From assembly GCA_947469485.1 (NCBI GenBank), contig CANIPU010000008.1, forward strand, positions 11,463 to 75,462: a stretch of 64,000 nucleotides of DNA, read 5' to 3'. The stretch is from Chitinophagaceae bacterium (GTDB lineage: Bacteria > Bacteroidota > Bacteroidia > Chitinophagales > UBA10324). The position numbers were made by a program, and so were the translations under genes. The notes under the pieces were generated by a model, which did no database searches, was not told where the DNA came from, and was given only the letters and a program-made list of their open reading frames with translations. This document shows positions 27,483 to 36,438 of this stretch, piece after piece (the first letter of the stretch is position 1; each line of letters opens with the position of its first letter).

Positions 27483-28610
27483 TTGAAAAGCACATTGAAA
27501 TCATATAATAAAATATTTTTTCCAAACCTGGATGCTTTGCGATTCGGGGCCTTTTTTCTGGTTTTTCTTGCTCATGTATTGCTGATTCATTTATCAAACG
27601 AACAGACTTACAGTTATTCAAACTACATTAGAAAACATGCTCAAACAGGTGTGCTGGGTGTAAATTTCTTTTTTGTTCTCTCAGGATTTCTTATCACCTT
27701 TTTATTGCTTAAAGAAAAAATCAGCACTGGAAAGTTCAATATTATAAAATTTTATGTGCGGCGAGTTTTAAGGATATGGCCCGTGTATTTTGTAATTGTT
27801 ATTTTTTCATTCGTTGTTCTTCCATTGGTTTTTCCCTTGTTTAATAAAACTTTTTTTGAACCCAGTCCACTTGTTTTTTATTTAACATTCACAGCAAATT
27901 TTTCTTTTATAATGGGATACTATCCTCATTCTTCTTTGCTCATTGTGCTATGGAGTATTGCAGTAGAGGAGCAGTTCTATTTTTTCTGGCCCTGGTTATT
28001 AAAGTTTTTCAAACAAAATATTTTACTTCTTCTCATTCTGATAATTATTGTGAACATTATTGCCCGGCTTCTATTTCTTGATAATCAAAAAGCACTTTAT
28101 TGTAATACACTTAGCATTATAAGTGATTTTGGAATAGGTGGAATTATTGCCTACTTCTCTTTGTATAAAACAGAAAAATTGATTGCCTTCTTTTCCGTTT
28201 CCAAAATTTATTGGTTCTTTTTTTATTTGGGGTTGTTTGCTGTGATTTATAATTATGAAAAATTTTTTACTGGAAATTTTATGACTGTAATAGAACGACC
28301 AGTATTAGGAGTTTTTTTTGGTTTAATTATCATTGATCAATGCTTCAACAATAAGCGAATATTTAATGCTGGTCGTTTTGTATTTGTCAATTACCTTGGG
28401 AAAATTTCTTATGGACTTTATTGTTATCACCCCCTTGGAATTATTATAGCAAAACATGTTTTAGATTACTTTAATTTTTTCGCATCGCCGGTACAATCAT
28501 TTATAATTTTTCCTGCATTGTCACTTTTATTTTCTGTTTTAATTGCTTCCATAAGTTATTTCACAATTGAAAAATACTTCCTAAAACAAAAGGAAAAATT
28601 TTCTTCCTGA
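27483..28610 (+). CDS. acyltransferase family 3 (OafA-like) membrane O-acyltransferase
   Basis: 375 aa with about 10 TM helices. Contains FPNLDALRFGAFFLVFLAHV and WSIAVEEQFYFFWP, both signatures of acyltransferase_3. Confidence 0.8.
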   Translation: MKSTLKSYNKIFFPNLDALRFGAFFLVFLAHVLLIHLSNEQTYSYSNYIRKHAQTGVLGVNFFFVLSGFLITFLLLKEKISTGKFNIIKFYVRRVLRIWPVYFVIVIFSFVVLPLVFPLFNKTFFEPSPLVFYLTFTANFSFIMGYYPHSSLLIVLWSIAVEEQFYFFWPWLLKFFKQNILLLLILIIIVNIIARLLFLDNQKALYCNTLSIISDFGIGGIIAYFSLYKTEKLIAFFSVSKIYWFFFYLGLFAVIYNYEKFFTGNFMTVIERPVLGVFFGLIIIDQCFNNKRIFNAGRFVFVNYLGKISYGLYCYHPLGIIIAKHVLDYFNFFASPVQSFIIFPALSLLFSVLIASISYFTIEKYFLKQKEKFSS

Positions 28611-28671
28611 AAAATCAGTAATGTTTTAAAAGAGTTCCTTCTATTTTTACCACCAATAAATAAAACACATA

Positions 28672-29628
28672 ATGAATTTTATTCCTGTAGTAGATCTCTC
28701 TGATTATTCAAATGATAAACCTGAAAAGAAAATCGCTTTTATAAAAGCAATTGGAGATGCGTATCGTGAAGTTGGTTTTGTTTCAGTAAAAAATCATGGC
28801 ATTACTGACGGATTGATTGAAGATTTTTATCGTGAAGTAAAAGCGTTTTTCAGTTTGCCTGATGAAATAAAACACAAGTATGAAAAAGCTGAACTCGCAG
28901 GGCAAAGAGGATATACTTCATTTGGAAAAGAACACGCAAAAGGAAGTACAAAAGGAGACTTAAAAGAATTCTGGCAGTTTGGTCAAACTGTAATTGATAA
29001 CGATCCCATTCGTTCTGAATATCCCGATAACATTTGGGTGGATGAATTGCCGGGCTTTAACGAAGCAGGGTTACACACTTATCGCAGTTTCGAAAATTGT
29101 GGTCGCACAATTCTCAGAGCTATATCTATGTATCTAAAATTAACTGAAAATTATTTTGATGAAAAAATTCACAATGGAAACAGTATTCTTCGTGCCATAC
29201 ACTATCCACCCATTGTTGACGATCCGGATTCAGCAATAAGAGCAGAAGCTCATGAAGATATAAACCTGATAACATTATTGGTTGGTGCATCAGCAGATGG
29301 TTTGCAGGTGCAGAAAAAAAACGGCGACTGGATAAATGCAACTGCACAACCGGGAAATATTATTGTAAATGTTGGCGACATGTTACAACGATTGACCAAT
29401 GATTATTTGAAAAGCACCACACATCGCGTAGTTAATCCGCCTCGTGAAATGTGGGGTACCTCCCGTTACAGTGTTCCATTCTTTTTGCATCCGCGTTCTG
29501 AAATGTCATTAAACTGTCTTCCATCATGTGTGAATTTTGATAATCCAAAAAAATATGATGACATAACTGCCGGTGAATATCTCAATCAGCGATTAATTGA
29601 AATTGGTTTGAAGAAACCACAGACCTGA
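28672..29628 (+). CDS. 2-oxoglutarate/Fe(II)-dependent oxygenase, isopenicillin-N-synthase-like
   Basis: 318 aa. Has the N-terminal DIOX_N-like IPVVDLSD...GFVSVKNHGI. Facial triad AHEDINLITLL ... THRVVNP and 2OG-binding RYSVPFF. Confidence 0.85.
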   Translation: MNFIPVVDLSDYSNDKPEKKIAFIKAIGDAYREVGFVSVKNHGITDGLIEDFYREVKAFFSLPDEIKHKYEKAELAGQRGYTSFGKEHAKGSTKGDLKEFWQFGQTVIDNDPIRSEYPDNIWVDELPGFNEAGLHTYRSFENCGRTILRAISMYLKLTENYFDEKIHNGNSILRAIHYPPIVDDPDSAIRAEAHEDINLITLLVGASADGLQVQKKNGDWINATAQPGNIIVNVGDMLQRLTNDYLKSTTHRVVNPPREMWGTSRYSVPFFLHPRSEMSLNCLPSCVNFDNPKKYDDITAGEYLNQRLIEIGLKKPQT

Positions 29629-29634
29629 TTTGGG

Positions 29635-30831
29635 ATGGTGAAGGAAAAAAATTTACTTTTTCTCAAAGACACTTTCCTGCTTGGCGTTACTGCTTTTGGC
29701 GGACCACAGGCACACATTGCAATGATGTTGCAACAATTTGTTCAAAAGCGAAATTATTTAACTGAAGAAGAATTAATGGAAGCACTTGCTTTCAGTTCAA
29801 TTCTTCCTGGGCCAAGTTCTACTCAAACGCTATTAACAATTGCCATGAGGCGTGGAGGCACTTTGTTAGCAGTGCTATCACTCTTTGCATGGGTTTTACC
29901 TGCTTCAATATTAATGACAGCTCTCACCCTTGCCTTTACACTATTTGAAGCAAAAGGGTTTTCGCTTGACTTTTTATTGTTTGTTCAACCAATGGCAATT
30001 GGTTTTATATTGTTTGCCGCATACAGAATTGGAAGTACCGTTATAAAAAACAGTTATGGAGTAGCAATATTATTAATCGCATTATTATTTACAATTTTCT
30101 TTAATTCTCCTTTGGTATTTCCAATAGCATTATTTGCCGGAGGATTTATTACCAATATCAGTAACCGGCACATTCTTCCTCCCATAAAAACAAGAATGCC
30201 GATTGACTGGAGAAAATCATCGTTCAATTTATTTTTACTGGTATTAATTCTTGTTGGAGCAGCAGTTGCAGGAGCAATTACAAAACATCGCTCAGTTATA
30301 ATTTTTGAAAATTTTTTGCGGTTCGGCTCAATCACTTTTGGAGGCGGAAGTGTTTTAGTTCCTATGATGTTTGAACAATTCGTAAAACACAGGGAATATT
30401 TATCAGCCAATGAATTTATAAGTGGGTATGCTTTGAACCAGGCTATTCCGGGGCCTGCATTTGCATTTGCCACATTTACAGGAGGCATGGCTTTAAAAGA
30501 ATTTGGAATAAACTACCAAGTGCTTGGTTGTTTGTTAGGTACTATTGGGATTTTTTTACCCGGAGCTTTAATTGTTTTTTTTCTTTATCCCCTTTGGGAA
30601 TATTTAAAAAGTTATCGTTTTATACAACGCTCACTCGAAGGCATTAATGCAGCGGCAACAGGAATGGTACTTGGTGCTGCTGTAATTTTATTTAATAATC
30701 TTGAATTTCATTTGGTAAATATTTTTGTAATTATTGTTACATTTTGCTTGCTGCAATTCACCAAAATGCAAACTCCTGTTTTAGTATTTCTTGGATTAAT
30801 TTCCGGGTTTATTTACACGCGATTTTTCTGA
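29635..30831 (+). CDS. chrA: chromate transporter (CHR family, fused two-domain form)
   Basis: 398 aa. Two CHR halves, each with the FGGPxAHI / FGGGSVLVPMM type motif (TAFGGPQAHIAMM; ITFGGGSVLVPMMF). Starts 6 nt after the oxygenase stop. Confidence 0.8.
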   Translation: MVKEKNLLFLKDTFLLGVTAFGGPQAHIAMMLQQFVQKRNYLTEEELMEALAFSSILPGPSSTQTLLTIAMRRGGTLLAVLSLFAWVLPASILMTALTLAFTLFEAKGFSLDFLLFVQPMAIGFILFAAYRIGSTVIKNSYGVAILLIALLFTIFFNSPLVFPIALFAGGFITNISNRHILPPIKTRMPIDWRKSSFNLFLLVLILVGAAVAGAITKHRSVIIFENFLRFGSITFGGGSVLVPMMFEQFVKHREYLSANEFISGYALNQAIPGPAFAFATFTGGMALKEFGINYQVLGCLLGTIGIFLPGALIVFFLYPLWEYLKSYRFIQRSLEGINAAATGMVLGAAVILFNNLEFHLVNIFVIIVTFCLLQFTKMQTPVLVFLGLISGFIYTRFF

Positions 30832-30965
30832 GTTTTATTTTCCATTTTTCCTTTTGTTAACTCATTGTTAATCATTTAGTGGTAGTCTTTTAAACTTATA
30901 TTATTACAATTAAAAAAGTTAGTTTTGACATGCAATAAAATTTAATTCACAAACGCCAAAATTTT

Positions 30966-33900
30966 TTGCTTATGAAAAAACTTTACTCATTCGTAATTTT
31001 TGTAATTACGCTTCTGAATTCCTCTCTTGGTTTTAGTCAACTTTTTAATCAGGACTTTTCTAGTTCAACAACTGTTGCATCCTATGTAAGTGCAACACCG
31101 AACAACGGGCAGTTTGATGCAATAAGTACTTCAGGTGCAGGTATGGTTTTATCAATAAATGCAACCGGAAGTAATAAACTTCGATTTGCAAGAACTGCAA
31201 ATGCAGGTGCATATTCTAGAACGACAGATTTTTCTCCAACTCCTTCTTCTTTAGTTTATAAATTTGATTTAACTGTTTCGGGTAATTCTGTTGCACTAAC
31301 AACAGCAGCGGTTTTTCAGGTTGGTTCAGGTTTTGGGACAGCAAATTCAGCTGAAGCTAATGCTGCTGTTCATTCGAGAATAGGAGTGAATTGGACGACA
31401 ACTGCTGGTCAATTTTCATTAAGAGATTTAGTAGCAACAACTAATTCTGCAAATTTCTCTGGCACACAGACAATAACTTTGTATATAAATAATTCTGGCG
31501 GATCACTAAGTTATACAGCACCAGATGCATCAGCTCAATCAGTTGCAGATGATAAGCTTGATGTTTGGATTGGAACTACTCAAGTGTTTAATGAGATTGC
31601 AGCAACAACCACAACACAAACACTTACAGATTTAAAATTTGCTTTTACCGGTGGAACAGGAACAATTGATATTGACAATATCAATGTTGATCCGATTCCA
31701 GTACCATGTGCTACCCCAACAAGTCCTGCAACTTCAATTACTTTCAGTTCAACAACTTCAGTTTCAACAAATGTTAATTGGACCAATGGTAATGGTTCAA
31801 AAAGAATTGTAGTTGCAAAATTAGGTAGCGCTGTAACATGGACTCCAACTGATAACACAACTTATACTGCCAATGCATCTTTCGGCAGCGGAACTGATGT
31901 ATCAGGTTCAGGTGAATATGTGGTTTACAACGGAAGCGCTGCTACAGCTCCCGTAAGTAATTTAACTGTTTCAAATACTTACTACTTTAAAGTTTACGAA
32001 TACAATTGCTCAGCGGGTTCCGAAAAATATTATATAACAAGTCCGCCATCAAACTCTTTATTAACTCCAATCACAATTGCAGCTCCTACTTTTTCAACTC
32101 CGGTTTGTGTTAGTTATGGTGGAGCAACCTTGTTAGTGAGTTTTACTTCTATTGGAACTTTTACAGGTAATACTTACACAGTTGAAATGTCAGATGGAGC
32201 CGGATCTTTTGCTTTACCATCTACTATTGGAACAACAGTCAGTAATTCAAATACCATTACTAATCTTTCATGTGCTATTCCTTATGGAACTGCAGGTGGA
32301 GCAGGTAACAGTTATTTGTTACGGGTAAAAGCAAGCAGCCCTGCTACCACAAGTGCAAGTTCAACAGCATTAGCGGTAAATACAATTGCTATTTCTCCGC
32401 TTACCACACAAAATTTTTCACCAGGTGCGGTTGGAGGAGGAAGTCCATTGACTGCTACAGGCACTACTGGTTTACCAACTAAATCTTGGGCGTACTCAAC
32501 AGTTTCAGGAGGACCATACACAGCATTAGGAAGCGCAGGAAACCCTTATACGCCAGTGTTTGCTGCATGCGGTACTTACTATGTGGTTTGTCAGGTCACA
32601 TCATATAGTTGCGGAACTACAACATCAGCAGAAGTACAATGCAATGTAACCATGCCTGCTGTTGCTTCACCAACTGTTACCAATGCATGTGTTGCAGATG
32701 AAACTGTGAACTGGACTTTACCAACGGGATACAGTACTTCCAATAATACCATTCTTGTTTTTGCAAAAGCCGGTTCAGCTGTTACTGCTGGCACCCCAAC
32801 CAATGCAATCGGAACTTATACAGCGAATACAACTTTTGGAAGTGGTACACCTTATCAGAATGATGCATCAGCATTTTGTATTTACAACGGAACTTCTAAT
32901 ACTGTAAATGTATCTGGATTAACTTCAGGGGTAACTTATCATTATCTTATTCTGAATGTTCAAAATACACCAACAGTTTATGCAACTGGAGCAACAGCAA
33001 ACGGCGCTACACTGGCTGCTGTTCCCAATGTTTCGGGTTTAACCTTAACACCTGCAAACGGTGAATTAATTATTGGATGGACTATGGCGAGTTGTTTTGA
33101 TGATGTATTAGTTGTTATAACTGATAATGCGTCTGTAACGGCTACTCCATCCGGAGATGGTACTCTTTATGTTGATTATTCAGTCTATGGTGATCCAACA
33201 AGTAATGTTAATCTTCCATCTAATGAATATGATGTTTACCAAGGAACAGGTACTACTGTAACTGTTTCAGGATTAGTAAATCTGACAACCTACCATATTA
33301 AAATATTTACTCGAAAAGGAACAACTTGGAGTACAGGTACAATAGGCAGTGGAATACCAAATACCACAACAGGAGATTTTCAAACACTCACAAGTGGGAA
33401 CTGGACTGATTATACAACCTGGCAACGATTTAATGGGGTTGCCTGGATAAATGCTGTATCAGGTGAATTTCCGAATCTATCTAATTATGGGGCGACAATT
33501 TTAAATGGTCATACTGTTACATTAGACGGTGCAGGACCTTATGCAGTCAGTACTTTAACAGTTCAGGCAGGAGGAAAATTATACACCAACCAAAATGCAA
33601 CAAATATTTACATCAGTATTTTTTCACAGATAGTTTGCAACGGAACCATTGGAAATTATCCAACTGATGATGGAATTGGATTTAACATTGAGGGAGTGAA
33701 TTGCACATTAACAGGAACAGGAAATTTTGCCTGCTCAAGAATTAAAAAGGATTTTTCTACCAATACAACTTCGTTGTTAACGATATCAATTAATACAAAC
33801 CTTACATGGCCTGCTACTTCTTTATATAACAATCAGGCAGGAACAGTTTTTAACACCACTATTAATTCACCATATGTTGTGAGCACAAAAGCAACTATGG

Positions 33901-36269
33901 GAAATGTATCTGTTGATGGAACAGGAGGAAATGGAAGTGGTAATATGCGTGGATTAATTACCGTGAAAGGAACACTTAATATCAATGGTAAATTATACAT
34001 GACAACTGATAATGGCGCCGGATCAACTATTGGAATGACGATAACCGGAACCGGAACAGTTAATGTTGACTCTGTTGATGCAGCAGATGGTGCAAGTGCC
34101 GGACATCTTTTAACTATTCAAAATGGTGGACGATTAAATATTTATGGATTGAATGCATTTTATTTATTCGGCAATTCAAAAAATACTTACACCTGTAATG
34201 CAGGATCAACAATAGAATATTCAGGTGCAGGAGCGCAGCCTGTTGAAGGAGGAATTAACTATTCTAATTTGAAATACTCAGGTTTAGGTAATAAAACTGC
34301 AAATGGTAATTTAACTGTGAACGGAAATTTTATAGTTGATGCCGCTATCGCAGAATTTAATACATCAATTAAAACCTTAAACTTTGGCGGAAATCTGACT
34401 TTACAAAATGGCGGAACAATGAGTGACAACTGCAAAACCTGGTTGAATATCACCACTAGTAGTGCTACTGCAAATCAAACATTTACAGGCAATAGTCAGA
34501 TAATAAAATGTTTAACTCTGACATCAGTAAAAACTGCAGGTTCATTAGCGCTAGCAGGACCAGCAGCTAACTCTAGTATATATGTTAAGAATGATTTAAT
34601 GGTTGATCATTCAGGCTCTGCATTATTTTCTGATAATGGAAATACCATTATAGTAGGCGACGATGTGCAGTTAGGCAGTGCAACTTCAACAAGTGCCAAC
34701 TTCAATCTTACCGGTGTTTTAAGATTTGTGTGCATTGGTGCGGCAAATGCTACTGACATTCATTTAAGTGATTATGCCGGAACAGGAATTACAAAGGCTT
34801 ATTTGAATAATCTGGAAGTGGATCCTGAATCATTATCATCGATTAATTTGGTTCAGTTCTTTCCGAGCATTGGCGGGCAAACTGTTTACATTAAAGGATA
34901 TCTTAATGTTTTTAATAATAATTTGCTAAATCCAGTTTTGAATCCGAATAACAATACCGTTTCAATAAAAGGCGATTGGAATAATTATTCTTCAGCAGCA
35001 TTTGCGGAAGGAAGCGGGTTGGTTGTTTTTTCAGGAACTGCAGCACAAGCAATTTATTCAGCCGAAACATTTAATCAGTTAGAGATAGATAATGCAAATG
35101 GAGTTACGATAAATAATACAATTGCAGTAACAGATGAGTTAATATTAACCAACGGATTAATAAACACCAGCAGTTTTTATGAAGTTGATGTATCAAGTAA
35201 TTTACCAGGTTCAGTCAGTGGATATTCAACATCATCATGGGTGAATGGCAATCTGAGAAGAAATGTAGCTTCATCAGGAACCTATGATTTTCCGGTTGGC
35301 GATGCAACTAATTATCAGCTGGCAACAGTTAACTTAAATAGCCAAACAGGCATGAGTTACATCTTAGCATTCTTTAATACCACTATTACCGGAACAGCTC
35401 CTAGTTATCCAACGACACAAATAAACGGAACCGGTATTACCGGTGTTTTGAATAGTGGATTTTGGACGATAACTCCAAATGCTTATTTAGCAGTTAATTA
35501 TGATGTAACTTTAAATCAGAGAGGATACAGCAACTTTGCAGGTAACGCAACACAAGTTGGTGTAATAAAGAGAGCAAATTCAGGTGCTACCTGGACTGGA
35601 ACCAATCAATCAAACTCAAATGGCCACCATGACAATGCAACACAATCAATAAGCGGAGGAACAGCAACTGCAAAACGAACAGCAGTCACCTCTTTTTCAG
35701 ATTTCATTGTTGGATTCGGAGGGGCTTCATTACCTGTAACCTTAAGTTCATTTACATTGGCGGTTAAAGAAAACAAAAGGGTAGAACTAAACTGGAAAAC
35801 AGAGTCTGAAATTGATTGCAACTATTTTTCAGTTGAGAGAAGTGAAAATGGAAGCAATTTTTCTTCAATCGGAAAAGTTGAAGGCCACGCAACCAGCGAT
35901 CAGCCTCATAATTATGAACTAGTTGATTACAAGCCTTACTGTACCAATTCATATTATCGCCTTCGTCAGGTAGATTTTAGCAATGAAGAACATTACAGCA
36001 ATATACTTTCAGCAAATGTTTTATGCAGTGGAATTGAAATGTATCCGAATCTGGTATTGGATAAAATAAATTTCAAATTTTTAACGGAAATAACTTCACC
36101 GATAAAAATCAGCATTACCAATATTGAAGGAAAGAAATTTATAGAAAGCACAATTAATTATTCTGAATCAGGCTTAGTGTTGGATGTATCATCATTAGCA
36201 GCGGGATTGTATTTTATTCAATTATCGGGCAACAGCATTAATTTTAACGAACGATTTGTAAAGGAATAA
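30966..36269 (+). CDS. giant secreted adhesin-like protein with T9SS type A sorting domain, 1767 aa
   Basis: Probable start is ATG 30972 (MKKLYSFVIFVITLL). Lectin-like N-domain. Three Fn3-like modules (WTNGNG..RIVVAK / NWTLP..ILVFAK / IGWTM..VLVVIT). An xMSDGAGSFALPSTIG module and a long beta-helix-like Asn/Gly/Thr-rich core. The C-terminal module is shared with the next gene. Ends in MYPNLVLDKINF...GLYFIQL...FVKE. Confidence 0.85.
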   Translation: MLMKKLYSFVIFVITLLNSSLGFSQLFNQDFSSSTTVASYVSATPNNGQFDAISTSGAGMVLSINATGSNKLRFARTANAGAYSRTTDFSPTPSSLVYKFDLTVSGNSVALTTAAVFQVGSGFGTANSAEANAAVHSRIGVNWTTTAGQFSLRDLVATTNSANFSGTQTITLYINNSGGSLSYTAPDASAQSVADDKLDVWIGTTQVFNEIAATTTTQTLTDLKFAFTGGTGTIDIDNINVDPIPVPCATPTSPATSITFSSTTSVSTNVNWTNGNGSKRIVVAKLGSAVTWTPTDNTTYTANASFGSGTDVSGSGEYVVYNGSAATAPVSNLTVSNTYYFKVYEYNCSAGSEKYYITSPPSNSLLTPITIAAPTFSTPVCVSYGGATLLVSFTSIGTFTGNTYTVEMSDGAGSFALPSTIGTTVSNSNTITNLSCAIPYGTAGGAGNSYLLRVKASSPATTSASSTALAVNTIAISPLTTQNFSPGAVGGGSPLTATGTTGLPTKSWAYSTVSGGPYTALGSAGNPYTPVFAACGTYYVVCQVTSYSCGTTTSAEVQCNVTMPAVASPTVTNACVADETVNWTLPTGYSTSNNTILVFAKAGSAVTAGTPTNAIGTYTANTTFGSGTPYQNDASAFCIYNGTSNTVNVSGLTSGVTYHYLILNVQNTPTVYATGATANGATLAAVPNVSGLTLTPANGELIIGWTMASCFDDVLVVITDNASVTATPSGDGTLYVDYSVYGDPTSNVNLPSNEYDVYQGTGTTVTVSGLVNLTTYHIKIFTRKGTTWSTGTIGSGIPNTTTGDFQTLTSGNWTDYTTWQRFNGVAWINAVSGEFPNLSNYGATILNGHTVTLDGAGPYAVSTLTVQAGGKLYTNQNATNIYISIFSQIVCNGTIGNYPTDDGIGFNIEGVNCTLTGTGNFACSRIKKDFSTNTTSLLTISINTNLTWPATSLYNNQAGTVFNTTINSPYVVSTKATMGNVSVDGTGGNGSGNMRGLITVKGTLNINGKLYMTTDNGAGSTIGMTITGTGTVNVDSVDAADGASAGHLLTIQNGGRLNIYGLNAFYLFGNSKNTYTCNAGSTIEYSGAGAQPVEGGINYSNLKYSGLGNKTANGNLTVNGNFIVDAAIAEFNTSIKTLNFGGNLTLQNGGTMSDNCKTWLNITTSSATANQTFTGNSQIIKCLTLTSVKTAGSLALAGPAANSSIYVKNDLMVDHSGSALFSDNGNTIIVGDDVQLGSATSTSANFNLTGVLRFVCIGAANATDIHLSDYAGTGITKAYLNNLEVDPESLSSINLVQFFPSIGGQTVYIKGYLNVFNNNLLNPVLNPNNNTVSIKGDWNNYSSAAFAEGSGLVVFSGTAAQAIYSAETFNQLEIDNANGVTINNTIAVTDELILTNGLINTSSFYEVDVSSNLPGSVSGYSTSSWVNGNLRRNVASSGTYDFPVGDATNYQLATVNLNSQTGMSYILAFFNTTITGTAPSYPTTQINGTGITGVLNSGFWTITPNAYLAVNYDVTLNQRGYSNFAGNATQVGVIKRANSGATWTGTNQSNSNGHHDNATQSISGGTATAKRTAVTSFSDFIVGFGGASLPVTLSSFTLAVKENKRVELNWKTESEIDCNYFSVERSENGSNFSSIGKVEGHATSDQPHNYELVDYKPYCTNSYYRLRQVDFSNEEHYSNILSANVLCSGIEMYPNLVLDKINFKFLTEITSPIKISITNIEGKKFIESTINYSESGLVLDVSSLAAGLYFIQLSGNSINFNERFVKE
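35040..35950 (+). repeat. copy 1 of an approximately 0.9-kb paralogous C-terminal module shared by the two giant genes
   Basis: The protein stretch AAQAIYS...YDFPVGDATNYQLATVNLNSQTGMS...NSNGHHDNATQSI...YYRLRQVD aligns colinearly with 40735..41690. It includes a run of about 39 identical nucleotides (ggcaacagttaacttaaatagccaaacaggcatgagt). Confidence 0.8.
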
Positions 36270-36293
36270 TTAGTATAGAATTTCATTAATGAA

Positions 36294-36328
36294 AGGCTTC
36301 AGCTAACATAAGCTGAGGCCTTTTTTTA
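36294..36328 (+). terminator. rho-independent terminator
   Basis: AGGCTTCAGCT / AGCTGAGGCCT 11-bp stem (one G-U pair) with a 5-6 nt loop, then TTTTTTT. Confidence 0.75.
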
Positions 36329-36438
36329 TTTTTAAAGTAAAAAAATTGAAATTTCGTCGATGAAAAACATTAATTCATCGAATAATTGAATTATTTATCA
36401 CCATTTGCATTGTTATTTGCATTTCCTAAAAACAAAGA

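Noticed and set aside
36357-36425. 8-bp inverted repeat TCGATGAA...TTCATCGA and duplicated ATTTGCAT upstream of the 1841-aa gene, as a possible operator or promoter
   Set aside because: The spacing does not fit the Bacteroidota -33 TTTG / -7 TAnnTTTG promoter consensus, and elements this short are common in AT-rich intergenic DNA. The evidence is not enough to call a site.
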